NCBI GenBank assembly: GCA_009784815.1
Contig: WQXN01000001.1
Location: forward strand, 1,857 to 65,856
Direction: 5' to 3'
Source of the DNA: Alphaproteobacteria bacterium
Lineage (GTDB): Bacteria; Pseudomonadota; Alphaproteobacteria; Rs-D84
Length of the DNA: 64,000 nucleotides
Under the pieces are notes generated by a model. The model was not told where the DNA came from, searched no databases, and saw nothing but the letters and a program-made list of their open reading frames with translations. A program made the position numbers and the translations under genes. This document shows, one piece after another, positions 1-10,025 of the stretch (position 1 is its first letter; every line of letters starts with the position of its first letter).

Positions 1-1
1 A

Positions 2-2314
2 ATGAACTGGACTTACGAATGGTTGAAAGACTACTTGGATACCCAAGCCCTACCCCAAGAAATAGGAGCCACCCTGACCAAGATCGGGCTTGAAATGGAA
101 AGCATCGCTTACCCCGAAGTGCCCGTCGCGGCTAAAATAGTCGAGGCGGAAAACATACCGGAAACTCACCTGAAACGCCTTATGGTCGATGATGGATCGG
201 GAGCTATGCGGCAAGTAGTGTGCGGTGCGCCCAACGCTCGCGCCGGCGTGACCGGGGCTCTGGCTCGTCCTGGCTGCCGCACGGCGGACGGAATAGACGT
301 TAAATCGGGCAAAATCCGAGGTGTGCTAAGCGACGGCATGATGTGTTCCGAGCGCGAAATGGGCACAAGCGACGACCATACCGGAATAGTGGAATTGGAT
401 AATATAGCGCCGGGCGCGCCCTTGGCCGAATCCGATGCGGTGTTCGAGGCGGGGATTACCCCAAACCGACCGGATTATCTTGCAGTGCGCGGAATCGCGC
501 GGGACCTTTTTGCCGCGGGACTTGGCGCGTTGAAAGAAGGCTTGAAAGGCAAAACCGGAACGGGGAAGGGTGATCGTAAAGCCGAAATCAAGAATTTAAC
601 CGCCTGCCCGATATACCGTCTTTGCGAGATAAAGGGCGTAAAAATCATGCCTTCGAACGCTACTATCAAAAGACGCTTGGCAGCGATCGGCATCACTCCA
701 AGAAACGCCGAAATAGACGCGACCAACTATATATGCTTTGACCTTGGCCAGCCTATGCACTGCTTCGACGCGGACGAAATCAAGGGCGATATAATCATCC
801 GAAACGCCAAAAACGGCGAAAAATTCACCGACCTGTTCGGGAAAGAGCATGATCTTATCGAAACCGATCTTGTTATAACCGATTCGGATGGGATACTGGC
901 TTTGGGCGGAGTTATCGGCGGCTTGCGAGGAATGACTACGGACAAAACCAAGAACATACTGCTTGAGGCCGCCTACTTCGAACCGGTCGGAATCAGAAAA
1001 ACATCCAAGCGGCTGGGGCTTATGACCGATTCCAGCTATAGGTTCGAACGCGGAATAGACCCGACCCTGACGGCCGAATCCATAGAAAAGGCGGCCGCTA
1101 TCATAACGGATGCATGCGGTGGGGAAATCTGCGAGATATTCACCGCCGGAACTGAGCCAAAAGAAATGCGCCGCATAGAGTTCAAACCATCGATATTCCG
1201 TAAAAAGGTAGGCATAGATCTGCCCGAGGACAGAATGCGCGAAATCCTAAAAAAACTTAACTTTCAGGTTGAAGGCTGCGGCGATATTTGGATCGTAACC
1301 CCAACGAGTGCGCGCGTGGACGTAGAACTTCCCGAAAATATCATCTCGGAACTGATACGTATTTACGGCTATGAAAACATAATCACCAAACCTCATAACA
1401 TCGAAATCAAACCGCAAAACTCCGAAACTTTGAATGTCAAAGTCGCGCTGGTGAAACGCGGGCTTAGCGAAATCCGTCCTTACAAATTCGGGGATTCCAA
1501 GACAGAGCCTTTGGTGTCTGACAGACCGCGTATAGTCATAAAAAATCCCATAATCGACAGCTTTGACGTTATGAGAAACACGCTTGTTCAAACGACTTTG
1601 GACACTATTGCCGAAAATGACCGTTTCAAGCGTTCAAACCTTAATCTGTTCGAGCTGGGGGTAGTGTTCGACGGCGATAAACCCGGCCAACAGCACGATT
1701 CGCTTATTATCGCGCGCACCGGCGTTTTTGGTAATAAAATCGGCGTTAAACACGGCCGCGAGGTCGATATTTATGACGTCCGTGAAGACTTGCTTGCCTT
1801 ATTTCCAAGCGCAGTTGTGGAAAATCACGACATTCCTCCATTATGGGCTAATCCCTATAGGGTCGGGAAATTAATTGCCGCGGGGAAAACTGTTGCGGAA
1901 TTCGGGGAACTTCACCCAAGCATAGCCAAAAAATTCGGTATCAAAACCCGGGTTGTTATAGGATTGATAGACAAAGCCGCAGATATCCCTTCGCAACCCG
2001 AAGCGGTTCTGACCGCGTCGAAACGCGGAGACGTAGTGAACAACTTTCCGGAATTCCCGCTTATCACCCGCGACTTTGCATTCGTTCTGGAAGACGGGCT
2101 GAACCCGGAAACCGTGGAGGCCGCTTTGAAAAAAAATCCATTGGTCTATGAAACCAATGTCTTTGACATATTCGATATGGGGCAGGGCAAAAGGTCCGTA
2201 GCTTTTGAAGTGGTTCTGCAACCTACTTCCAATATGTCGGACGAAGATTTAGCCGAAGTTCATTCCGAACTGGTGGCCGAAGCAGAAAAACTGGGCGCCA
2301 AGCTTAGGGCCTAA
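2..2314 (+). CDS. pheT: phenylalanine--tRNA ligase beta subunit
   Basis: 770-aa ORF. N-terminus MNWTYEWLKDYLDT plus the tRNA-binding, B3/4 and B5 regions (GIDPTL, YRFERG-type motifs) and a C-terminal FDX-ACB-like domain fit full-length PheT. Confidence 0.92.
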   Translation: MNWTYEWLKDYLDTQALPQEIGATLTKIGLEMESIAYPEVPVAAKIVEAENIPETHLKRLMVDDGSGAMRQVVCGAPNARAGVTGALARPGCRTADGIDVKSGKIRGVLSDGMMCSEREMGTSDDHTGIVELDNIAPGAPLAESDAVFEAGITPNRPDYLAVRGIARDLFAAGLGALKEGLKGKTGTGKGDRKAEIKNLTACPIYRLCEIKGVKIMPSNATIKRRLAAIGITPRNAEIDATNYICFDLGQPMHCFDADEIKGDIIIRNAKNGEKFTDLFGKEHDLIETDLVITDSDGILALGGVIGGLRGMTTDKTKNILLEAAYFEPVGIRKTSKRLGLMTDSSYRFERGIDPTLTAESIEKAAAIITDACGGEICEIFTAGTEPKEMRRIEFKPSIFRKKVGIDLPEDRMREILKKLNFQVEGCGDIWIVTPTSARVDVELPENIISELIRIYGYENIITKPHNIEIKPQNSETLNVKVALVKRGLSEIRPYKFGDSKTEPLVSDRPRIVIKNPIIDSFDVMRNTLVQTTLDTIAENDRFKRSNLNLFELGVVFDGDKPGQQHDSLIIARTGVFGNKIGVKHGREVDIYDVREDLLALFPSAVVENHDIPPLWANPYRVGKLIAAGKTVAEFGELHPSIAKKFGIKTRVVIGLIDKAADIPSQPEAVLTASKRGDVVNNFPEFPLITRDFAFVLEDGLNPETVEAALKKNPLVYETNVFDIFDMGQGKRSVAFEVVLQPTSNMSDEDLAEVHSELVAEAEKLGAKLRA

Positions 2315-2476
2315 TAATAACTCAAAAAATACCTAGCAGCCAGAGCCTCTGAATAATCGTCCAATAACAAGAAAGACCGACCGCCGTAGGCCTATAAGGC
2401 TGCCGCGGCGCGTCGGTCTTTCGAAGCGTAGTGGGCGATTAGACAAGGCGATTGAAGCTGCTTGCATTTTTTGTCA
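2315..2476 (-). repeat. MITE-like palindromic intergenic element, copy E1
   Basis: Fills the gap between the convergent stops of pheT and the MBL gene. Ends are AATAACTCAAAAAAT (left) and ATTTTTTGTCA (right, includes the MBL stop TGA). Central hairpin AAAGACCGAC...GTCGGTCTTT lies at 2372-2421. Alignable with copies at 3106, 31621 and 48347. Confidence 0.75.
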
Positions 2477-3103
2477 TTTAAAATATTTATTGTTTTCTTT
2501 CAACCATCCGATCGTGGTTTCCGGACCATGACCATGTATTACCAAAGTATCGTCCGGCAGATTCAGTTCGTAAATTTTCGATATGGACCTTTTCAATTCC
2601 GAAGGGTCTCCGCCCGGAAAATGATACGCCCCCACGGTATCTTGAAATAAGGTATCGCCTATTATCAACAGCTTTGCGGATTCAAGATAGAACACTAATC
2701 CGCCCTTGGAATGTCCGGGAGCATCATAAATTTCTGCGGCAATCCCTGGCAGGACTTCCACCTTGCCAGCAGGCAGATCAAGCGGAAGTTTGGTGTCTTT
2801 TGGTACCGGTGGCAGGCCGAAATATTCTATCAATGGATTGACCATGAATGATATATTCAAGTCTTTATGGCTCATATGCCAGGGAACATTTAACTTGTCT
2901 GCAAGAAGCGCAGCGGCCGAAATATGATCGCCGTGTCCGTGCGTCGCGTATATGGCACGAAGATCAAGCCCGCGTGCGGCAAGCAGTTTTTCCCAGTTTT
3001 CGGTCCTGCCCCAAGGATCGAATATCGCCGCATCCGAACCGCTTGTCAGCAGCACCGAATTGGTATTTTCCGGAGGCATTTTTATAATTTCAAACTTAGT
3101 CAT
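2474..3103 (-). CDS. MBL-fold metallo-hydrolase (glyoxalase II-like)
   Basis: 209-aa ORF with the HGHGDH metal-binding motif and downstream H/D ligands typical of the metallo-beta-lactamase fold. Confidence 0.8.
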   Translation of the reverse strand: MTKFEIIKMPPENTNSVLLTSGSDAAIFDPWGRTENWEKLLAARGLDLRAIYATHGHGDHISAAALLADKLNVPWHMSHKDLNISFMVNPLIEYFGLPPVPKDTKLPLDLPAGKVEVLPGIAAEIYDAPGHSKGGLVFYLESAKLLIIGDTLFQDTVGAYHFPGGDPSELKRSISKIYELNLPDDTLVIHGHGPETTIGWLKENNKYFK

Positions 3104-3105
3104 TT

Positions 3106-3272
3106 AATAATCCCAAAAAATCTTAAAAATGTCGCGTTTGCAAGGATAGATTGTCCAATACCAAGAAAGACCGACCGCCGTAGGCCTAATAGGCTGCCAC
3201 GGCGTGTCGGTCTTTCGAAGCGTAGTGGGCGATATAGACTGCAAACGAAAAACATTTCAGGATTTTTTGTCA
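3106..3272 (-). repeat. MITE-like palindromic intergenic element, copy E2
   Basis: Starts on the stop TGA of the SufD-like gene (TGACAAAAAAT) and ends AATAATCCCAAAAAAT 2 nt from the MBL ATG. Shares CTATATCGCC, the AAAGACCGAC hairpin and CAATCTATCCTTGCAAACG with other copies. Confidence 0.75.
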
Positions 3273-3941
3273 TTGCGGCAGGTGATCAAAGGTCGCATGT
3301 AAAAACGCTTCGCGAAGCGCTTCGTTCGCCTCGTCGCTATTAAGACCTTGTTCTTTTAGAAAGGTTATTTGAGCAGGGCTTCCACGCTCTACGCTTGCGC
3401 CGTGGACGGCCGATTTAGGCGCGCTTGATATAAACTGATTGGGCGAAAGCCTGATATGCTTTACGCCCTTGTCGGCCAAAACCCAAAAATTCAGGGAATT
3501 TTCCGCGCCTTTGACATTCGCGCCTATATTGGCGACAGCATTTGCGACAGTTTGGGAGAAATGAGCTGCATTAAAACGTATATCGGCTTTTATCTCGGTA
3601 TTGTCGGCCGAATGATTCGCTATTATCTCGATTTCAGCCGCATCCTTGTTTGTTAAGTGGATTCCGGCGGAAAATTTTGCGCCCTGGCCGACTGCGTCTA
3701 TTTCGATTCGGTTTTTTCCGCCTGTGATCAATGCAGTCAGATAAACCTTCGCGCCCTTGTGCAGAGTGATCTTTTCGGGAAGCTTTGCGCCGCCTTGGAT
3801 TATTATATGAGTCGGGAGTTTGCTGGCTTTTATATCCAGGCTTTCGGCAGTGGATAGATCTGATCTGAATTCTCCATCCAAAAAGACTATCGTTTCAGAT
3901 GGAAAGGTCGGAATATTAAACTTGTCCCACATATAATTCAT
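3270..3941 (-). CDS. SufB/SufD-family protein (short, SufD-like C-terminal beta-helix)
   Basis: 223-aa ORF. The C-terminal AVHGASVERGSPAQITFLKEQGLNSDEANEALREAF matches the conserved SufBD HGA-x-VG...L-FYL-x-RG motif region. It lacks the long N-terminal part and sits apart from the suf genes at 49 kb. Confidence 0.6.
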   Translation of the reverse strand: MNYMWDKFNIPTFPSETIVFLDGEFRSDLSTAESLDIKASKLPTHIIIQGGAKLPEKITLHKGAKVYLTALITGGKNRIEIDAVGQGAKFSAGIHLTNKDAAEIEIIANHSADNTEIKADIRFNAAHFSQTVANAVANIGANVKGAENSLNFWVLADKGVKHIRLSPNQFISSAPKSAVHGASVERGSPAQITFLKEQGLNSDEANEALREAFLHATFDHLPQ

Positions 3942-3991
3942 TTGATTTCACCTCTTTTGCGGTTATTATAAACAACAAAAGAGGTTTTACA

Positions 3992-5041
3992 ATGAGTTTC
4001 AGATGCGGAATTGTCGGATTGCCTAATGTGGGTAAATCTACTCTGTTCAATGCGCTGACCGCAACCTTGGCCGCCGAGGCCGCCAATTACCCCTTCTGCA
4101 CGATCGAACCCAACTCGGGCGCGGCCATAGTGCCGGACGAAACGCTTGAAAAACTGGCCAGGGTAGCCAAATCCCTAAAGACTATTCCGACTCAGATAGA
4201 ATTTATCGATATAGCGGGACTTGTCAAAGGCGCAAGCGCGGGCGAGGGGCTTGGCAACAAATTTTTAGGCCATATTCAGGCGGTGGATGCGATTATTCAT
4301 GTAGTCCGCTGTTTTGAAAACGATAATATAATCCATGTGGCCGGCCGCATAAATCCACTTGAAGATATCGAGGTGATCGAGCTTGAGCTTCGCCTGGCCG
4401 ATCTTGAATCCATCGAAAAACAGATTAACAACCTGGCGAAAAAAGCCAAAGGTCAGGACAAAGAGGCGGCAAAACTATTGGAAACGGCCGAGCGGATAAA
4501 AACAGGGCTTGAACAGGGTAGGGCCGCGCGGGATATTTGTGGCGACAATCCTTTTAATCTGCTGACTGCCAAGCCCATGCTGTATGTGGGCAATGTCGCC
4601 GAAGACTTGAAAGGCGGCGAGATAATAGTCGAAAAATTCGCCGGACTGGTCATATCCGGCAAGATCGAGCAGGAGATTTCCGAAATCCGCGATGCCGGCG
4701 AAAAGAAAGAGTTTATGGAGGCCTTGGGCTTGTCCGAAACTGGATTGGCGAAAATCATCAAGGCAGGCTATAAGCTGCTTGGCCTGCAGACTTTCTATAC
4801 CGCGGGACCCAAAGAGGCTAGGGCATGGACCGTAAAAATCGGAGCCACCGCGCCGCAGGCCGCCGGAAAAATCCATACGGATTTTGAAAAAGGCTTTATC
4901 CGGGCCGAGGTGATCAAAGCCGAAGACTTTATAGCATTAGGCGGAGAAGTCGCGGCAAAAGACGCCGGAAAAATGCGCACCGTCGGTAAGGACTATGTCA
5001 TGCAGGAAAGCGATGTCTGTCATTTCCTTTTTAATAACTAA
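3992..5041 (+). CDS. ychF: ribosome-binding ATPase YchF
   Basis: 349-aa ORF with G1 motif GIVGLPNVGKSTLFNALT, a coiled-coil insert and a TGS-like C-terminus (RAWTV..G..AP..AG.IH.DFE.GFIRAEV). Confidence 0.9.
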   Translation: MSFRCGIVGLPNVGKSTLFNALTATLAAEAANYPFCTIEPNSGAAIVPDETLEKLARVAKSLKTIPTQIEFIDIAGLVKGASAGEGLGNKFLGHIQAVDAIIHVVRCFENDNIIHVAGRINPLEDIEVIELELRLADLESIEKQINNLAKKAKGQDKEAAKLLETAERIKTGLEQGRAARDICGDNPFNLLTAKPMLYVGNVAEDLKGGEIIVEKFAGLVISGKIEQEISEIRDAGEKKEFMEALGLSETGLAKIIKAGYKLLGLQTFYTAGPKEARAWTVKIGATAPQAAGKIHTDFEKGFIRAEVIKAEDFIALGGEVAAKDAGKMRTVGKDYVMQESDVCHFLFNN

Positions 5042-6606
5042 ATCTCTTCCAAAAGCTTTTCGTATTTATGTATTTCGTTTTGGAGAAAGTCTGTCTGGGA
5101 CGGATCGTCCGATAAAGTCAATTCGGTTTTCAAACTTTTGATATATTCGGCCGCGCGGAGACGGCGGATGAATTTTCCCGCGTCCGCTTCGGACAGATCG
5201 GTTTTATTACCGGCTTTTCGGATGATTTTACCGGATAAAAATTCAAAATATTTTTCGGCCAACGCGGGATAGGTTTCCGCGATTTCGGAAAGTACTTCGG
5301 CCTCGGACTTTATTTTTGGAAGCGCGGCGGCCGATTTTTTCGCAACACCCTTGCCCTTCCAATTATCCCACATCATATTTTTAAAGGCGACCTGGAGATG
5401 GCGTTTCAGCACTTCGTCGCCTACCATATTGACCCGCGCAAAAAGAAATTTTTCGGCGTTCGCTCGGCCCGCGGGGGTGGATACGATGAACCCGGTATTC
5501 GCCAAATTCCACAGATAATCCGCTATTGGCGTGGCGGTTTGCATTAAATCTTCCATTCTGTCCGTTCCGGATTTTCTTAGTATATCGTCCGGGTCCGATC
5601 CGGCCGGCAAAGTTAAAATCCGCACATCCGTATTCGAGGTCATAAATGGAAGGATTACATCAACCGCCCGGGCCGACGCCTTCTTTCCGGCATCGTCTCC
5701 GTCAAAGCAAAATATTACGCTTTTCGTAAGTTTAAGCAATATCTGCACATGTTCGCTTGAAAGCGCCGAACCCAATGGAGCGACGGTCTCGGGGAAGCCG
5801 TTTTGCTGCATCATCAACGTGTCAACCTGGCCTTCGACCACTATCGCGCGTTTATTCTTTAAAATTCCGGCCTTGGCGAAGTATAGCCCGTATAAGGTGC
5901 GCTTTTTATGAAAGAATTCGGTTTCGCTTATATTTATATATTTCGGTTCTTCGTCACCCATAGCGCGCCCGGAAAAGGCTATAACGCGGCCCTTGGAATC
6001 CGTTATCGGAAACATTATTCGGTCCCTAAAAAAGTCGAAACTGCCGTTTTGGCCCGTTCGCACCAATTGCGTCGCGGCAAGCGCGTCCCTGGATTTTCCT
6101 GATAATTTTTGGGTCAAAGGATTGCTGCGCGGCGCATAGCCTATCTGATACTGTCTTATCATATCATCCGAAATTCCGCGGCGCCTCAGATATTCCAAAG
6201 CGGCGGCGCCGTTTTCGGCAAAAAGAAATTTCGAATAGACTTCGGCGGCAGTACTCATTATATCTAAATATCCCAAAGCGCGTTCGGCGGCTTTGGGATC
6301 TACCGGTCTGAACTGAGGAACCTGCATTCCAGCCATCTGCGCCAAACTTTCTATCGCGTCCATAAACGGCATATTCCTGGTCCTCATTTCAAAGTCCAGC
6401 GCCCCGCCGTGCGCCCCGCAGCCGAAGCAATGATAAAAACCCTTGTCGTCGTTCACCGAAAATGACGCCGTCTTTTCATTATGGAATGGGCAGCAGCCCC
6501 ACCAGTCCTTGCCCTTGGGTTTCAGGGGAACGCTACGCGATACCAAATCTACGATTGAAATCCGGCTTAACAATTCTTCACGAAAAGCTTTGAAGTCTTG
6601 CGGCAT
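5038..6606 (-). CDS. dnaG: DNA primase
   Basis: 522-aa ORF with a CHC2 zinc finger (CPFHNEKTASFSV...YHCFGCGAHG) and a TOPRIM region (VVEGQVD...FDGDDAG). Confidence 0.9.
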   Translation of the reverse strand: MPQDFKAFREELLSRISIVDLVSRSVPLKPKGKDWWGCCPFHNEKTASFSVNDDKGFYHCFGCGAHGGALDFEMRTRNMPFMDAIESLAQMAGMQVPQFRPVDPKAAERALGYLDIMSTAAEVYSKFLFAENGAAALEYLRRRGISDDMIRQYQIGYAPRSNPLTQKLSGKSRDALAATQLVRTGQNGSFDFFRDRIMFPITDSKGRVIAFSGRAMGDEEPKYINISETEFFHKKRTLYGLYFAKAGILKNKRAIVVEGQVDTLMMQQNGFPETVAPLGSALSSEHVQILLKLTKSVIFCFDGDDAGKKASARAVDVILPFMTSNTDVRILTLPAGSDPDDILRKSGTDRMEDLMQTATPIADYLWNLANTGFIVSTPAGRANAEKFLFARVNMVGDEVLKRHLQVAFKNMMWDNWKGKGVAKKSAAALPKIKSEAEVLSEIAETYPALAEKYFEFLSGKIIRKAGNKTDLSEADAGKFIRRLRAAEYIKSLKTELTLSDDPSQTDFLQNEIHKYEKLLEEI

Positions 6607-6607
6607 T

Positions 6608-8845
6608 TTACCCTTTCTTTTTGAAGAACCTTTTCGGCGGGTTGGCTTTCTTTTTTTCTATCATATCGATCGCTTCGCTAAGCGTCGGTTTTTCTTTCGC
6701 CGATACGTTCGTTTTCCCGTTTGATATATAAGGACCGAACCGGCCGGATGAATAATAGAGAACTTTTGCGCCGTCATGTTTGCCTAATTCCTCGGCCAAA
6801 GCCTTACCCTCGCCCGACAGCAGCTCTTTTGCTTTTTCTATCGTTATGGTGTCCGCAGTCTGGTCTTTCGCCGAGGCTTTTTTATCTCCCTGCTGGACAT
6901 ACGGACCATATCGGCCTATTTTGAATAATATTCCATCGCCCAAATCCAAATCCCCGGCTTTTTGAGGAAATTCGCCGGCAATTAAATCTCTTGTATAACT
7001 GCAATCAGGGTATTTTTCACATCCTAGAAACCCGCCAAACCGGCTTAGTTTTAGTCCCAGTTTACCACCGCAGGTCGGGCATTTGTCATCGCCGTCCTTG
7101 AACAGATGTCTGTGCAAAACTTCGTTGATTTTGCGCATAACATCGATATTTGGAATTTCTTTCGCCTGGTTTACAAGTTCGCTGAACAACTTCCAAAAAT
7201 CCCGCAATACGGCAAGCGATGTAGTGTCTCCGTTGGATATGTCGTCCAGCTTGTCCTCCATGCCGGCGGTGAAATCCGCGGCCACGAACTGTGTGAAATA
7301 CTGCGCTAAAAACGCGGCCACTACCCACCCACGCTCGGTCGCGAAGAAGCGGTTCTTCTCAAGCTTGGCATATTCCCGCTGCGTGATTACGGAAAGAGTC
7401 GCGGCGTAAGTCGAGGGCCGGCCGATCCCGAGTTCTTCCATGCGCTTTACCAAAGATGCTTCGGTAAACCTTGGAGGCGGGACCGTGAAATGCTGTTCGG
7501 GTAAGAATTCGGTAAGAGTTATCGCGTCGCCCTCGGCCAATGGGGGAAGTTTGGCCGCTTCATCGCTGTCCTTGTCGTCCACGCCTTCCTGATATAACTT
7601 CAGAAACCCGTCAAAGGTTTGCGTAGTGCCCACCGCGTGGAACAATGCGCCGGGATTTTTTATAGGCAGGACATCCACTATTACGGAATCAAACCGGGCG
7701 TTCTCCATCTGGCAGGCTATGCCGCGCTTCCATATAAGTTCGTACAATTTTTCTTCATCGGTATGGTCTACAAGTCCAATCACCGAACCCTTGGCGAAAT
7801 CCGTCGGACGGATCGCTTCGTGCGCTTCCTGCGCGTTTTTCGACTTGTTTTGGTAAAACACCGCTTTATCGGGAAGATATTGGTCGCCGATCTTGTCCTT
7901 TATATAGTCGCGGATTCCGTTTATAGCGTCCATCGACAGGCTTACCGCGTCTGTTCTCATATAAGTGATGAATCCCTTTTCATACAGTTTCTGCGCGGAC
8001 CTCATAGTGCGTTGGGCTCCGAATCCGAGTTTTCGCGACGCTTCCTGCTGCAAAGTCGAAGTTGTGAACGGGGCGGCCGGCCGGCGGGAAGTCTGTTTCT
8101 TTTCAACCGATACTACTTTGGCGGCGTCCCCCGCATTGAATTTAGACAAAATCTCGTCCATATGGGACTTGTTTTCCAAACTCATCTTTTCGATCTTTTT
8201 ACCATCGAATTGTGTAAGCCTTGCTTTGAAATTACCCTTGGCCGCCGCGCAATCCGCATCCAGGGACCAGTATTCGATCGGTTTGAATTCTTCTATTTCG
8301 CGCTCGCGGTTTACTATTAATTCCAGCGCGGCCGACTGTACGCGCCCGGCGGATTTCGAACCGGGGACCTTTCTCCACAGTACTGGCGACAGGTTGAATC
8401 CCATAAGATAATCCAGCGCGCGGCGGCCAAGATATGCGTCGACAAGATTCTGGTCTATCTCGCGCGGGTTTTCCAAAGCGTGCTGCACCGCTTTTTTAGT
8501 GATTTCGTTGAAAGTTATGCGGTACACCTTCTTTCCAGAAAGCGCGCCGCGCTCTTTAAGTATTTCAAGAAGGTGCCAGGCTATCGCTTCTCCCTCGCGG
8601 TCTTGATCGGTTGCAAGATACAGATTGTCGGATTTTTTAAGCGCGGCCATGATCAGCTTGATCTGTTTTTCCTTGTCCGGCATCACTTCCCAGACCATGC
8701 TGAAATTATCTTCGGGTTTGACCGATCCGTCTTCGACTTTCAGGTCCCGCACATGTCCTATAGAAGCAAGCACCTGGAAATCCTTGCCCAGGTATTTTTC
8801 GATCGTTTTGGATTTTGCCGGAGATTCTACTATCAAAAGATTCAT
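6608..8845 (-). CDS. topA: DNA topoisomerase I
   Basis: 745-aa ORF with TOPRIM start MNLLIVESPAKSKTIEKYLG, active-site region ITYMRTD, one C4 zinc ribbon (CPTCGG...CEKYPDC) and a Lys-rich tail. Confidence 0.92.
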   Translation of the reverse strand: MNLLIVESPAKSKTIEKYLGKDFQVLASIGHVRDLKVEDGSVKPEDNFSMVWEVMPDKEKQIKLIMAALKKSDNLYLATDQDREGEAIAWHLLEILKERGALSGKKVYRITFNEITKKAVQHALENPREIDQNLVDAYLGRRALDYLMGFNLSPVLWRKVPGSKSAGRVQSAALELIVNREREIEEFKPIEYWSLDADCAAAKGNFKARLTQFDGKKIEKMSLENKSHMDEILSKFNAGDAAKVVSVEKKQTSRRPAAPFTTSTLQQEASRKLGFGAQRTMRSAQKLYEKGFITYMRTDAVSLSMDAINGIRDYIKDKIGDQYLPDKAVFYQNKSKNAQEAHEAIRPTDFAKGSVIGLVDHTDEEKLYELIWKRGIACQMENARFDSVIVDVLPIKNPGALFHAVGTTQTFDGFLKLYQEGVDDKDSDEAAKLPPLAEGDAITLTEFLPEQHFTVPPPRFTEASLVKRMEELGIGRPSTYAATLSVITQREYAKLEKNRFFATERGWVVAAFLAQYFTQFVAADFTAGMEDKLDDISNGDTTSLAVLRDFWKLFSELVNQAKEIPNIDVMRKINEVLHRHLFKDGDDKCPTCGGKLGLKLSRFGGFLGCEKYPDCSYTRDLIAGEFPQKAGDLDLGDGILFKIGRYGPYVQQGDKKASAKDQTADTITIEKAKELLSGEGKALAEELGKHDGAKVLYYSSGRFGPYISNGKTNVSAKEKPTLSEAIDMIEKKKANPPKRFFKKKG

Positions 8846-8846
8846 T

Positions 8847-10025
8847 TTAATTTCCTTTGGATGACAACTGCATATCGCGGTGTATATGCGCGTTTTGTAC
8901 CAGACCGAATCCGAAAAGTAAAGCGATTAACGAGCTTCCTCCGAAACTCATCAGCGGAAGCGGCACCCCGACTATGGGCATTATTCCTATCACCATCGAG
9001 ATGTTAACGAAATAGTACACAAAAAAGCTGAGGCCGAAGCCGAAGCACAGCAGTTGACCGAATCTATTCCTGGAATTTCTGGAAACCGATATGATCATCG
9101 CCGTAATCGCCAGATATATCGCTATAAGAATCATACAGCCTAAAAACCCAAACTCCTCTCCGAATACCGCGAATATGAAGTCCGTCTGCTTCTCGGGCAG
9201 GAAGTTCAAGCTGGCCTGGCTGCTGCTCATAAATCCTTTGCCAACAAGTCCGCCAGATCCTATTGTGATTTTGGATTGGTTTATCTGATAACCCTTGCCG
9301 CGCACGTCGGCGCTTGGGTTTAAAAACGTCAAAACCCTGCTGCGCTGATAGTCGTGCATGCCGAAATTCCATACAAGCGGCGCCGCCACCAACGATGCGC
9401 AGAGCGCGACCACGAACCAAATGCGGGGCATGCCTATGATGAAGAACATCCCGGCCGTTATCATCATAAGGGATAAGGCGGTGCCAAGGTCCGGCTGCCG
9501 CACTATCATCAAAAAGGAAAACGCGAACATTAAAAACGGTATTATGTAATTTTTGAACTGGGTAACCTCGACCGAATTCAGCCACGAAAAATACCGCGCC
9601 AGCGCCAGGATTATCGCTATCTTTATAAGCTCGGACGGTTGTAGGTGCATTATCCCAAGGTTTATCCATCTTTGCGCGCCCATGCCGGTATGACCCCAAA
9701 AGCTTACTGTCAGTATAAGTATGAATGCTATTCCGAACAGGATATAGCTTGACCTTATCAGTAACTTTATATTTACCAAGGTAGCGGCCCAGAAGGCTAT
9801 AAGCGCGAAACCTATTCGCAGCAGTTGCGGCCCGGCCCAAGGGCTGAGCGATCCGAACTCGTACGCACAGGATGCCCCGTCCGCGCAGGGTTTTACCCCT
9901 ATGGAATAGAGCGTCAGCACCGATAGCGTCAGAACCACGCACATAAGGACGAACAGCGGCCAATTCATGCGGGTAAGTTTTTCCATTAATGAAAGGCTTT
10001 CGGCCCGTGATACGCGCACCGTCAT
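8847..10025 (-). CDS. mrdB: peptidoglycan glycosyltransferase RodA (SEDS family)
   Basis: 392-aa polytopic membrane ORF of the FtsW/RodA/SpoVE type (QPSELIKI, DLGTAL, FIFAVFGEEFGF). ATGA overlap with the upstream mrdA. Confidence 0.88.
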   Translation of the reverse strand: MTVRVSRAESLSLMEKLTRMNWPLFVLMCVVLTLSVLTLYSIGVKPCADGASCAYEFGSLSPWAGPQLLRIGFALIAFWAATLVNIKLLIRSSYILFGIAFILILTVSFWGHTGMGAQRWINLGIMHLQPSELIKIAIILALARYFSWLNSVEVTQFKNYIIPFLMFAFSFLMIVRQPDLGTALSLMMITAGMFFIIGMPRIWFVVALCASLVAAPLVWNFGMHDYQRSRVLTFLNPSADVRGKGYQINQSKITIGSGGLVGKGFMSSSQASLNFLPEKQTDFIFAVFGEEFGFLGCMILIAIYLAITAMIISVSRNSRNRFGQLLCFGFGLSFFVYYFVNISMVIGIMPIVGVPLPLMSFGGSSLIALLFGFGLVQNAHIHRDMQLSSKGN

